A stretch of 64,000 bases of DNA from Pirellulales bacterium (lineage in GTDB: Bacteria > Planctomycetota > Planctomycetia > Pirellulales > JAICIG01), in contig DASZPH010000061.1 in the NCBI GenBank assembly GCA_035550375.1, positions 50,514 to 114,513 on the forward strand, read 5' to 3'. The notes beneath the pieces were generated by a model. The model was not told the origin of the DNA. It saw only the letters and a list, made by a program, of their open reading frames with translations, and did not search any database. Positions 53,907 to 63,111 of this stretch are shown piece by piece (positions within the stretch are counted from its first letter, which is position 1; every line of letters starts with the position of its first letter). Both the position numbers and the translations under genes were made by a program.

Positions 53907-54159
53907 AACGCGCAGTAAGGCTATCCACCTGGGAAAACTTTAGCTATCAGGCAGACCGTGCCAAGCGGTATGCCTGGGCGACGGGCCACTGTATGGACCG
54001 CAATCGAGCGATCGCCCCTGTTCGTTTCTTGAGCCTGTTGTGTCGCTGTCCGGGCTGACCCGGACCCGCTCTGCCCACGCCCGTGTGGGGCGTGTTTCTC
54101 CATCGGTTGCGTCGCACGCGCACCACGAACCCTCCAGCCCAAGAACCGGATTTATCGCC

Positions 54160-55116
54160 ATGGCCTCCGACTTCCGCCTGAAAGAACAGTTGCCCGAGAT
54201 CACCCGCCGACTCGTCGAGACCTATTCGCAGCTCAAGACGATCAACCATCTCGCTCATTGCCCGCTGCCGAACTACGAGGTGATCATCGAGATTACGGAA
54301 TCGCTCAAAGAGATCCTTTATCCCGGTTACCGGCGCCGCGAGGGACTGCACTACGGCAACGTGCTGTACCATGTGGGTGACCTGATCGACAACCTGCACG
54401 ACAAGCTGACGACGCAAATCGGCCGCGCCTTGCGGCATGAAGCCAACGGCTCGACCCGCTGCGACGAAGACGTGGATTTCGAGGCCCTTGGTCAGGCCAA
54501 GGCGATCCAGTTTCTTGAACAACTCCCCGAGCTTCGCCGCACGTTGGCCCTCGATGCTCGGGCCGCCTTCGAGGGCGACCCGGCGGTCAAATGCCCCGAC
54601 GAGGTCGTTTTTTGCTATCCCGGTTTGGACGCCGTGACGATCTACCGGCTCGCCCATTTGCTGTGGGACCTGGAGGTGCCGCTCATCCCGCGCATGATGA
54701 CGGAATGGGCGCACAGCAAAACGGGCATCGATATTCACCCAGGCGCCCGCATCGGTCATCACTTCTTCATCGACCACGGCACGGGCGTGGTGATCGGCGA
54801 GACGTGCGAGATTGGCGACAACGTGAAGCTTTATCAGGGCGTGACGCTGGGCGCCTTGAGCTTTCCGACCGATGGCGACGGACAGCTTGTGCGCGGAACG
54901 AAACGCCACCCGACGATCGAAGACCGGGTGATCATTTATGCCAACGCCACGGTTCTGGGGGGCAACACGGTCATCGGCCACGATTCGGTCATCGGCTCAA
55001 ACGTCTGGCTCACGCGCAGCGTCGGCCCCCGCACGACCGTGGTGCTGGAAAAGCCCAAGCTGCGCATGCGGGCGGAAAATGACGAACTGCAGCCGGAGAT
55101 GAACTACCAGATTTGA
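54160..55116 (+). CDS. cysE: Serine O-acetyltransferase (long form)
   Basis: Hexapeptide core [44 protein letters not shown], preceded by the helical SATase N-domain. ATG 54160. Confidence 0.85.
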   Translation: MASDFRLKEQLPEITRRLVETYSQLKTINHLAHCPLPNYEVIIEITESLKEILYPGYRRREGLHYGNVLYHVGDLIDNLHDKLTTQIGRALRHEANGSTRCDEDVDFEALGQAKAIQFLEQLPELRRTLALDARAAFEGDPAVKCPDEVVFCYPGLDAVTIYRLAHLLWDLEVPLIPRMMTEWAHSKTGIDIHPGARIGHHFFIDHGTGVVIGETCEIGDNVKLYQGVTLGALSFPTDGDGQLVRGTKRHPTIEDRVIIYANATVLGGNTVIGHDSVIGSNVWLTRSVGPRTTVVLEKPKLRMRAENDELQPEMNYQI

Positions 55117-55194
55117 GCGCAGGTCGATTGTGGCGCCGAGGCTCTGCCGCTTAGACGACGGTCGCCAACGCCTCGGCGTTGCGGAGTGCCTGAG

Positions 55195-55719
55195 CTACTT
55201 TATTTCGCCAAGCTGTTCCTCGAACAGCTTCTTCACGCCAGCCGCGATGGGAACGATCGACGCATGGGCGGATGTCTCGCCCAGCATCGTGCCCTGGAAG
55301 TCGTCCGAAACGAGGAGCGTGGCGAGGCGATCGCCGTCGACAAAGCGGAGAGCGTATCGCCAGTTTTTCCGGCGTGAACTGTCCGCCGACCAGTCAAAAC
55401 TGTGGTCGCTCAGCAGGCTGTGCCGTAAGTGCAGAAAGCCGCGGGCCTGGCTGACATCCACGTTCTCAACGACCCGAAAGGCTTCTCCGTCGGCAGCCAT
55501 GAAATCGGGCTTTGATGTTGCGTCCGATTGGGGTTCCAAACGCCATAACTCGGCATGCGGCGCGTTGATCAGCAGCGAGGCTGCTTCATGTCCCCAAAGG
55601 CGAATCGGCCGCCGCTGCAGCCCCTTCTGGTACCACCAGCCGCCGGCCGCGCCCGCCACGCCCAGAGCCAGAACCAGAACAAGGGCCAGCTTTCCGTCGA
55701 TCCGCGTGGGCGAGCTCAT
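55195..55719 (-). CDS. Membrane-anchored hypothetical protein (174 aa)
   Basis: The N-terminal TM is KLALVLVLALGVAGAAGGWWY. It lies 27 nt downstream of the inositol-phosphate synthase gene on the same strand. Confidence 0.55.
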   Translation of the reverse strand: MSSPTRIDGKLALVLVLALGVAGAAGGWWYQKGLQRRPIRLWGHEAASLLINAPHAELWRLEPQSDATSKPDFMAADGEAFRVVENVDVSQARGFLHLRHSLLSDHSFDWSADSSRRKNWRYALRFVDGDRLATLLVSDDFQGTMLGETSAHASIVPIAAGVKKLFEEQLGEIK

Positions 55720-55746
55720 GACGGGCCTTGTGCCCTGTTACGACCG

Positions 55747-56949
55747 TTACCCGGCCACCGACGCGGCCCACGCTTCGAGCATCTGAAACTGCAGGCCAAA
55801 ATCGTGCTCGTCGACCCCTAAAGGGCTCTTGAAGAAACTCGCCAGGAACCTCAACTTGCCGACGTCGCCGTTGCGGTGCGCTCGTTCGGTGAAGCGGATC
55901 AAATCCAGAACCAGCGGGGCCGCCAGCAGCGAATCGCATCCCTGCCAGATGAATTGAAACGTCATCGGCGTGCCCAGAAAGCCCGTAAAATGTACGTGAT
56001 CCCAGGCCGTCTTCCAGTCGCCCATGCTGTCGATCCGCTCGATCGTCACGAGCGTTTGCGGCGGGTAGCCGAGTATCTGCCCGAGCAGTCGGTCCTTGCT
56101 CGTCACCTTGGCTTGCTTGTTCACCGGGTCGTCGAGCACCCGCGCGTCCATGTTGCCGAAGATATTGTGGCCAACCCAGCTCATCACCTGGAGGTTCCGC
56201 TTGCGAAACATGGGTGCAAGCACGCTCTTCAGCAGCGTTTCGCCCGTCTTGCCGTCGTAGCCCATGTGTCGCGTGGCGCGGTCGCGGGCCAGTTCGTCGA
56301 TCGCCGGCAGCGATGCTCCCAAGGAGGGCGTAAAGTTGATGTACGAACAGCCCAGATCGAGCGCGGCGATCGCGTACAGCGAACTGGCCGGAAGGTCCGT
56401 TGCCGGCCTGTCGATGAGCTTGCCGAGATCCGCCCAGCGCGCCGGGAAGGCCGCTGCGTCGACCGGCGGCTCCGTCGACGAGACGTTCACCACGACAACG
56501 TGCCCCAACTTCTGCTCGTCGATGAACGTCCGCAAGTCGTGCTGGATGCGCTCGATCGCCCCGCGGGGATTCTCGCTGAATTGCTTTGCTTCGTCGCCGG
56601 CCAGTGACTCGATCGTCGCGCCGACGTTCAACAGCGTGCCCGGCCGTATGAGCTTGTCGATCTCTTCCAGCTCGCTTTTGCAGCCGGTGAGCACACCCAG
56701 GTCGATGGCGCGGCTCTCGTCGTGCATCCTCAGGGCCTCGTCGTAGGATCGCACATCGCGGATCTCGTGCCCTCCGACAACAAACTCGTCCCAGGCGGCC
56801 AGATCGAGGCGGGAGAAATCGGGCAACTCGCTGACGAGCCCAGCCTTGCCGATCAGCCCCTTTTTCAGGGCAACCAGGCCGACCGTGGCCGTCGACGCCA
56901 CCCCCCCTTTAGCGCCAATTAGCCAGATTCCGGTACGAGCTCGGGGCAT
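55747..56949 (-). CDS. Inositol-3-phosphate synthase (myo-inositol-1-phosphate synthase family)
   Basis: Rossmann N-terminus GIWLIGAKGGVASTATVG, with CSYINFTPS and GKTGETLLKS blocks typical of bacterial/archaeal MIPS. Recognised by eye. Confidence 0.75.
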   Translation of the reverse strand: MPRARTGIWLIGAKGGVASTATVGLVALKKGLIGKAGLVSELPDFSRLDLAAWDEFVVGGHEIRDVRSYDEALRMHDESRAIDLGVLTGCKSELEEIDKLIRPGTLLNVGATIESLAGDEAKQFSENPRGAIERIQHDLRTFIDEQKLGHVVVVNVSSTEPPVDAAAFPARWADLGKLIDRPATDLPASSLYAIAALDLGCSYINFTPSLGASLPAIDELARDRATRHMGYDGKTGETLLKSVLAPMFRKRNLQVMSWVGHNIFGNMDARVLDDPVNKQAKVTSKDRLLGQILGYPPQTLVTIERIDSMGDWKTAWDHVHFTGFLGTPMTFQFIWQGCDSLLAAPLVLDLIRFTERAHRNGDVGKLRFLASFFKSPLGVDEHDFGLQFQMLEAWAASVAG

Positions 56950-57183
56950 AAAGAGGAGAAACGGGGGAAGGCAGCAGGCGCTACGCCTTTCATCGGCGGG
57001 ATAAAAGGCCCATTTTCATCGCAACTTCCCCAATGTCAATGCTTGCGGCTTGCAAGAGCGGCTGCGTTGTATCCGGCGGCATTTTTACGTCACGCAATTG
57101 AGCCATCTTTTCTGCGCCGGCCCGCGCCAGAGATACTCGGTCGCCTGACGATCGAACAAGTTCGCGGCGCACTCAAGAGAGGA

Positions 57184-58560
57184 TTACAAATCGCCAACCG
57201 CTCGACGCAGGCGGAACCAGGCGAGGGCGGCGTCGTAGGTGGCGTTGTAGAAATTGGCGTAGGCCTGCACGCGCTGGGATTCGGCGTCGAGCACTTCCGT
57301 GTAGGTGCTCAACTGCTGGCGATAGCGGTCTTGCACGACGTTGACGTTCTCTTCGGACTGCCGAACGGCCACCCGCGAAACGGCGATCCGCTCGCGGGCC
57401 TCGGATAGATTGATCCAGCGCGTGCGCACTTCCAGGGCGATGGCCGCCGCCTGGTCGGCCCGTTGCCGCAGGAGCGCCCGACCCTGTTGGTCCTGGGCCT
57501 GGGCTTGTCGACGAGTCGCGCCGCCGTCGTAAAAGCTCCAGCTTCCGACCGCGGTTGCTGCCAGGATGTTGTTGTTCGAGATCCCGTTCAGGCCCAGATA
57601 GACGTAGTTCACCGCGACGTTGACGTTCGGCCGAACTCCGGCCCGCGTGACTTCGGCCTGGGCGCGTAGCGCCCGCGCTTGTTGCGTGAGCGACGCCAGT
57701 TCGGGACGCGAGCGCATCGCCTGATCGGTTAGTTGTATAAGCTCCGCAGGGTCGGCGACGGTCATGTCCGCGACGGCAGCGTCGATGGCGGCCCGCTCTC
57801 TTCCGGCGCGAGCGACCACCGGAGGGGCGGGCGGCGCCACCTCCTGCAACTCGGTCGTGAACTCCAGCGGCCGAACCAGGTAGCGGTTGTACGTCGACCA
57901 GGCGATCGTCTGGGCATTGCGCGTCTGGATCTCCCGCAGGCGCGCGTTGGCCAGCGACACCTCGGCCGAGAGTTCTTCATTGCGCGTCGCCATTCCGACT
58001 CGCTGCCGGTTCTTCACGTCATTAAGAAACGACTGCAAGCGGCCGACGTCGCTGCGGGCAACTTCCAGGTTGCGCCTGGCCTGCAACACGCCGACGTAGG
58101 CTTCCGCCACCGCCAGTTTAAGATCGAGCGCGGTGCGAAACTGCTCGGCCCGTTGTTGCCCGGCTTGCGCGCCGGCGGCGGCAATGTTGCCGCGGATGCT
58201 TCCGCCCGCGTAGACCGGCTGGCTGAGCGAGGTCGCGGCGATCGGAATGTTGTTCTGGTTCGCACCTAAAACGAAGGGAAAGGTGCCCCCTGCACCAAAG
58301 CCACCGAGGTTGATGCCGGGGGTGCGGGTCCACAACTGAGCGTCGATGGCGTTGACGCTTCCCGTAGGGAGGCGGCGGCGCTCGGCCGCCGAAAGGTTCA
58401 ACCCGGCCGCGTTGGTATTGATCCGTTGAGCCTGCAATTGCGGGTTGGCCGCCAGGGCCATCTGCCAGGCATCGCCCAGATTCTCGCCGCGTGCCAGCCC
58501 GTGCAGAGCGAGGCTCAGCAGGGCAAACAAAACGAGCGTCGGCCTCTTTACACCCGTCAT
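57184..58560 (-). CDS. TolC-family outer-membrane efflux protein
   Basis: Signal peptide MTGVKRPTLVLFALLSLALHGLARG. Duplicated helical repeats carry the typical LxxAxxxALxxNPxLQA start and the C-terminal YDAALAWFRLRRAVG. Confidence 0.85.
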   Translation of the reverse strand: MTGVKRPTLVLFALLSLALHGLARGENLGDAWQMALAANPQLQAQRINTNAAGLNLSAAERRRLPTGSVNAIDAQLWTRTPGINLGGFGAGGTFPFVLGANQNNIPIAATSLSQPVYAGGSIRGNIAAAGAQAGQQRAEQFRTALDLKLAVAEAYVGVLQARRNLEVARSDVGRLQSFLNDVKNRQRVGMATRNEELSAEVSLANARLREIQTRNAQTIAWSTYNRYLVRPLEFTTELQEVAPPAPPVVARAGRERAAIDAAVADMTVADPAELIQLTDQAMRSRPELASLTQQARALRAQAEVTRAGVRPNVNVAVNYVYLGLNGISNNNILAATAVGSWSFYDGGATRRQAQAQDQQGRALLRQRADQAAAIALEVRTRWINLSEARERIAVSRVAVRQSEENVNVVQDRYRQQLSTYTEVLDAESQRVQAYANFYNATYDAALAWFRLRRAVGDL

Positions 58561-58834
58561 ACACACGGTCTGTGGATCGTGGCTTGCTGTCTACGGCGGC
58601 ATCGGGCCTTGTCACGGCTTCTCCGCGGGGCACCACCCGGCGTTTCATACCGGTGGTACACCCCGCGAATCAAGCACTAGGATCCCATCGTGACAAAGCC
58701 CTACTATCGCATCGGCCAGCAATGGCGGGCGGATTGATTCTAGAATTGCACTCCTCTGAAACGGCGTGTCACCAGGTTGCCGACCTTTCCACGGCGCCAT
58801 AGCTTCTGCGATCTACGGCGCGGGGAGCGTTCGA

Positions 58835-59311
58835 TCATTGAAAACCGCGCGAGAAGCTGTCCGCGGCCTCTTCGTTAGTCTGGCGATTGGTGGCGCGGGG
58901 GCGTTCGGGCAACTCGTAGGGATCGGCTGCCTGCGGCGCCGGGCGGGCCGCAGGATACGGCTCGAGCGGCTGATATCCGTTCGCGGCGGGAACGTTGCCA
59001 GGCTGCCCGGCCACATACGGATCGACGGGCCGCTGAGACGGCCCCATTCTGCGGTCGGCCGAGCGATCGTCAGGCGGAGAAGCCGGTTGGTTCGTCGCCG
59101 CCGCGGCATTCGCCTGGGCCCGCGCCTCAGCCTGCTGCTCGATGGAGTGCAGCTCTTGCAGGGCCCGGGCTTCGTCGTGCTGTACTTTCTCTTTGTCGAT
59201 GGTGATATGAACCTGTTCGTTCGGGCCGGTGCCGTCGGTGGTGAACGTGAACCAGCCCAGGTAAAACGCCCCGCCGACGAACACGACCAGCAATAGAATG
59301 GCTCGCTTCAT
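58835..59311 (-). CDS. Membrane-anchored Pro/Ala-rich hypothetical protein
   Basis: ATG 59311 gives MKRAILLLVVFVGGAFYLGWF, then a short folded segment and a low-complexity Pro/Ala/Gln tail. Confidence 0.5.
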   Translation of the reverse strand: MKRAILLLVVFVGGAFYLGWFTFTTDGTGPNEQVHITIDKEKVQHDEARALQELHSIEQQAEARAQANAAAATNQPASPPDDRSADRRMGPSQRPVDPYVAGQPGNVPAANGYQPLEPYPAARPAPQAADPYELPERPRATNRQTNEEAADSFSRGFQ

Positions 59312-59475
59312 GCTTGCTTCTCCACGTGCGAAAGCGGCCAGGATACGACCCGGGCCGGCGGCGGAGTGGTACCAAAAAGCGATGTGCCGGCCAAGGGCAA
59401 CCGGGCGGAGCCAAACGAGCGAGGTCGATTCACCGGCCCCCCTGGCTTGGGCGCGGACTACGCCGATACCAAAAG

Positions 59476-59520
59476 CGAAACGCAAGCGAGGTAGGCTTCG
59501 TGCTCCTCGCTTGCGTTTCG
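59476..59520 (+). repeat. REP-like palindromic element, copy 3
   Basis: 16-bp perfect stem CGAAACGCAAGCGAGG (59476-59491) / CCTCGCTTGCGTTTCG (59505-59520), followed by GATTCGTGTGG. The right arm plus tail closely matches 9217-9242. Confidence 0.75.
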
Positions 59521-59587
59521 GATTCGTGTGGACCCGTGGATGATCCGGACGAGCAGAGCGTCAGGCGTGCCGTCCGTCTCTTGGGGC

Positions 59588-60172
59588 TTAGAGATTGCCC
59601 CCCGGACCGTCGTCGACATTACCCACCAGGTGGAAGTGGTTGTGGTCGATGTAGATCACTTCCTGGGCGTCCTCGTCGACGGTCGTGTATGGAATCGGCC
59701 AGCCGACGCGAGTCACCTCGGTGAAGTAGATGATGCATTTGTAGTGGGCATGGTGAAGTTGGGCCGGTCCGATAAGCGGATAGACGCGAGGCGGATCGAC
59801 GTAGTCGGAAATCGGCTCGATGACCATGCGCACATTGTTGCGCTGAATTTCATGCAGAAGCGGAACGCCCCCTTCCACATTTCTGGCTCGTTCCAAGGCC
59901 CGGACCACCTCGTCGGGCGACGGGGGATCAAGGGCCACGGGCGGGCCACCTGCCGTCACCGGTCCCAAGATCGGCACGCGCTGGTACCGCTCATGCATCC
60001 AGAACTTAGTCTCTTGCTGCTTCTGGAAATAAGGGCTCAAAGGAATCGGAACAGGCAGGTGTACGAACGGGTGGGCAAACTGCGTGTTCAGAGGCCATGT
60101 GCAACCCGACGAGACCAGCACCGGAAGCGCCAGCGCGACGAGGACAGGGACGGTAGCAAACCGGCGTGACAT
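59588..60172 (-). CDS. Lipoprotein of unknown function
   Basis: MSRRFATVPVLVALALPVLVSSGC (lipobox VSSGC). His- and aromatic-rich mature region. GTG 60187 is an alternative start. Confidence 0.65.
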   Translation of the reverse strand: MSRRFATVPVLVALALPVLVSSGCTWPLNTQFAHPFVHLPVPIPLSPYFQKQQETKFWMHERYQRVPILGPVTAGGPPVALDPPSPDEVVRALERARNVEGGVPLLHEIQRNNVRMVIEPISDYVDPPRVYPLIGPAQLHHAHYKCIIYFTEVTRVGWPIPYTTVDEDAQEVIYIDHNHFHLVGNVDDGPGGNL

Positions 60173-60540
60173 GGGTTGAGCCTTCACGTGGAGACCCTTG
60201 GCTTTGTGGTTTGTTCGGCGATCGTGCTGGTTGAAGCGCGAGATTTGCCGATCGTGGCGAATGTTCCGCCGAACTAGCGGTAGTTATCGTGATAAGCGGC
60301 GATGAACTTGCGGATTTTTTCGTTTTTTACAGCACGGGGTTTCCTGCTCCGCGAACGGCAGAACAGAGAAGGCCAAGGACACGACCCGTGTTACGCGACC
60401 GTGCCCCTTAACCCTGCTAATTCGCGGGACCACAAACCCGGTCGCACACCTTTGCTAACCGGAACCCGACCAGTGGCGAGGTAAATCGCTTGCCGTCGGT
60501 CGCTTACGCTTCGGGCTGGCGCGCCCGGCGCACAGTCGGA

Positions 60541-60598
60541 ACCAACAAAACAGGCCGCCCCCGCTGGGAGGGAAACCAGCGAGGGCGGCTTTGGTTTA
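60541..60598 (-). terminator. Rho-independent terminator downstream of the BON-domain gene (bidirectional shape)
   Basis: Stem GCCGCCCCCGCTGG (60554-60567) / CCAGCGAGGGCGGC (60576-60589): 13 bp with one mismatch and an 8-nt loop. T-rich runs follow on both strands (TTTGGTTT on plus, TGTTTTGTTGG on minus). Confidence 0.6.
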
Positions 60599-60626
60599 CA
60601 GCAAGGCTCTTACGCCAGCCTACGTC

Positions 60627-62018
60627 TTAGTAGGCGTACGACCGATTGGTGTCGTCGAAGTCGAGGAACCACCAGCCGTCGTCCCATTCCAGCGTCACCT
60701 TTCGCCAGCCGAGTGGCACCTGGGGATACGGATAGAAGGGGCCGATGTAAGGCCAGGCGGTCGGCGAGTACTGCCGCGGATAGGTAACCCCGGCATAGTT
60801 CGGATGGGCCGCGTAGCTTGGCCAGGCGTAGTTCGGCATGTGCGGCTGATCGTAGTAAGCGGGCGCCACACCGGCCGCCACGCCCGGCACGTAGGCTGGC
60901 AGCGGGCCGCCGCCATTGACGGGCACCGGACCGGCAGCCGGCTCAGCGTCCATCGGGCCCTCAATGACTTCCTGGCGGCGTGCTACGTTCGCCCGGCCTT
61001 TCTTGCTTGGGGCGGCCTTCGAGCGGCTCGAAGAAGCGACCGCTTGAGCCGGGATCGGCTGGCCAAGCGGAGCACGCTTGATCTGCTGCACGGGAACGAG
61101 CGTGCCATCGGGCATTTCCATCATCGGAACCATACGCACCCGGCCGGCCTGCGTCGGCTGATTCCGCACGGTCGCCTGACGGGCGGCAACGTTGGTCTTG
61201 TTGCTCACGGTTTGCACCGTTCGCTGTTGGGCCGAGCGCCCCGCTTGATTGCACGTGACGCATCTCGACGAGGGCCGCGGCATGACCCTCGGCTCCGCCT
61301 CGGCGGACTCCGTGGCCTGAGGACGCGGGGCAGGTTGCGTGTTGCGGCGGAAAATCGTCCGCAGATTCGCGACCTGCTTGACCAACGAGTTCGGCGTTTC
61401 CTCAGCCGGTTCCAGCGACTCCGGGTAGACCGGGGCATCGCTATCAAGCGCCGGCTCCTGATGCGAGACTATCGAGCGCTTCGGTTTGGCCGATGCCACG
61501 TCATGGGCCCGCGGACGGGGCGCTTCAGCGGCCTTGACCGACGGGCGGCTAAACCACGACATCACCGACGGCTTGGTCTGGCGAACCGGGGTCTCCTGGG
61601 CTTCAGCGGTTGCCTCGGCCGGTTCCTCCGCCTCGCTTGGCGCGGCGGTTTCGACTTCGGCCTCCTGGGCTTGCGGCTGCGGCTCTTCCGTCTGATGAGC
61701 CAGCATCCGGGCCACCGGGTTGCGTGACTTTTTGGGCTCGACGCGCAGGTGGTCGACCACGTCGGCCACCTCGGGCACCTCCCCGGTCAGTTTCAAGGCG
61801 AGTGCCTTTTGTTCCTCGCTGCTGACCCTTCCCTCCAGCCAGGCCGTGCCGTCCTGGCACTTGATGACAAAGCTCGATCCGGACATCCGGCCGCTGCTTT
61901 TCAGCACGTCATGGATTTTGTGAGCGACCAGGTCGTTGTCTTGGACGTCTGCGGACGCGCAGACGGGCCACACGAGAGCAATCGTCGAGATCGCCCAGGC
62001 CACAATGAAGCGGCGCAT
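60627..62018 (-). CDS. Secreted BON-domain protein with a Pro/Tyr/Trp-rich C-terminal domain
   Basis: ATG 62018 has GGAGGGAGG upstream. Signal peptide, a BON-like block (KCQDGTAWLEGRVSSEEQKALALKLTGEVPEVADVVDHLRV), and the C-terminus YPYPQVPLGWRKVTLEWDDGWWFLDFDD. Confidence 0.75.
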   Translation of the reverse strand: MRRFIVAWAISTIALVWPVCASADVQDNDLVAHKIHDVLKSSGRMSGSSFVIKCQDGTAWLEGRVSSEEQKALALKLTGEVPEVADVVDHLRVEPKKSRNPVARMLAHQTEEPQPQAQEAEVETAAPSEAEEPAEATAEAQETPVRQTKPSVMSWFSRPSVKAAEAPRPRAHDVASAKPKRSIVSHQEPALDSDAPVYPESLEPAEETPNSLVKQVANLRTIFRRNTQPAPRPQATESAEAEPRVMPRPSSRCVTCNQAGRSAQQRTVQTVSNKTNVAARQATVRNQPTQAGRVRMVPMMEMPDGTLVPVQQIKRAPLGQPIPAQAVASSSRSKAAPSKKGRANVARRQEVIEGPMDAEPAAGPVPVNGGGPLPAYVPGVAAGVAPAYYDQPHMPNYAWPSYAAHPNYAGVTYPRQYSPTAWPYIGPFYPYPQVPLGWRKVTLEWDDGWWFLDFDDTNRSYAY

Positions 62019-62333
62019 GCTTCCCTCCCTCCTATGGAATTCAGGCCACTAAAGCCTCAGGTTCAACACCAACGGCGCAGACCGGGTGGGCAGAGCAAGA
62101 GGGAGAGGTGGCGCGCAAGTCTGGTCTTGGCCCACCATGAGTTGCGAAATCCCCCCGCGCAACCCTGTGCCCGGCACCTTGTGCCTGACTATAGGTTTCG
62201 GTTGCCAGCAGTTTCGAGGGGAAGCTTTTTTTCGATTTTAGGAATCCTGGCAAAGCTCGGCGATGTCGCGACTATCCGCAAGTATCCGGCGGTTCGCAAT
62301 TTGCGCACGCCGCGTGATGCTCGGAGAATGCCG

Positions 62334-62624
62334 TCAAAGCACGGTTGCCCGGAGGTCCCAGGTGGCCGTCAAAATCGTAACGGCCAGCACAACCCCGCTG
62401 AACATACAGGGGGCCGGGCCGATGATAAGTGATGCCATCGTCGCCAGACCAGCCAACCCCAGGCAACTGAGGAACAACCACTGGCAGCGCCCCTGCCGCA
62501 GCGATCCTTCCGCCAGCCGCACCAGACAGGCGCTGGCCAACGCCAAAAGCTGAACAAACGCCAGACAGCACAAGAAGACGACCGGGTCGAATTCGGGCAT
62601 GCGGAGCCGCTCCAAAGAATCCAT
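62334..62624 (-). CDS. Small three-helix membrane protein (96 aa)
   Basis: From ATG 62624: MDSLERLRMPEFDPVVFLCCLAFVQLLALASACLV...LFLSCLGLAGLATMASLIIG...VVLAVTILTATW. The rest of track ORF 62334..62912 is Arg-rich and unlikely to be coding. Confidence 0.4.
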   Translation of the reverse strand: MDSLERLRMPEFDPVVFLCCLAFVQLLALASACLVRLAEGSLRQGRCQWLFLSCLGLAGLATMASLIIGPAPCMFSGVVLAVTILTATWDLRATVL

Positions 62625-62879
62625 TCTGTGGCGGGAAAAGCTGGGTCGAGTTTGCCAACCTCCTGTTGGCCGCCCCAACATAACCCAATTGCGACTCTTG
62701 TGCCAATTCCGGTTGCGACTCGTGCCGACTCGGCGCGTCGGCTGGCCCCGCGCTTGCACGCGGGGCGGCCCAATACTAGCCCGCAGCACAAACGAGGTAA
62801 GGCACGTCGAACGCCTCGCTTGCGAGTCGGTTCCTGTCGGCCGGCGAACAACCCGGCTTAACGGCAGGCCGCGTCCGCC

Positions 62880-62902
62880 CGGATTGTAAATCTTACAATC
62901 CG
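62880..62902. promoter_or_regulatory. AT-rich perfect 10-bp-arm palindrome (operator-like)
   Basis: CGGATTGTAA atc TTACAATCCG. It has no flanking T-run, so it does not look like a terminator. It sits in the intergenic region between the TlpA-like gene and the small membrane-protein gene. Confidence 0.3.
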
Positions 62903-63010
62903 CGTGAGGCATCGGCGGACAACCGATCGTGCGAGCCCCTCATCTTCAGCCGGCGACTCGTGGCCGCCGTCCGAACGGTCTGGGGGAAACGGCGGCCTGC
63001 GGGAACAGTG

Positions 63011-63058
63011 GAACCGAAAGCTAAAAGGCCCGGAAAGGACACACGTCCTATCCGGGCC
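63011..63058 (-). terminator. Rho-independent terminator candidate downstream of the TlpA-like gene
   Basis: GGCCCGGA (63027-63034) / TCCGGGCC (63051-63058), with an inner AGGAC/GTCCT stem. TTTTAGCTTTCGG follows on the minus strand, 53 nt after the stop codon. Confidence 0.5.
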
Positions 63059-63111
63059 CGCGCCCGATGCCCACCCCAGAATTTCGGTTGCGAACTGGAA
63101 AAGCCCACCAG

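Noticed and set aside
53930-54010. Cobalamin-riboswitch-like strings (ATCAGGCAGACCGTGCC resembling a B12 box, and GCCACTG) in the cysE leader
   Set aside because: The two strings are in the wrong order relative to the riboswitch consensus. The GGGAA / GGTG-AA-CC core elements are missing, and cysE is not an expected B12-regulated gene.
57184-58566. TolC-family gene considered as part of the RND operon at 38.3-43.1 kb
   Set aside because: It lies 14 kb away on the opposite strand with unrelated genes between. It may serve that pump or the DevCAB-type exporter, but nothing in the sequence links them, so it is recorded only as an unlinked outer-membrane factor.
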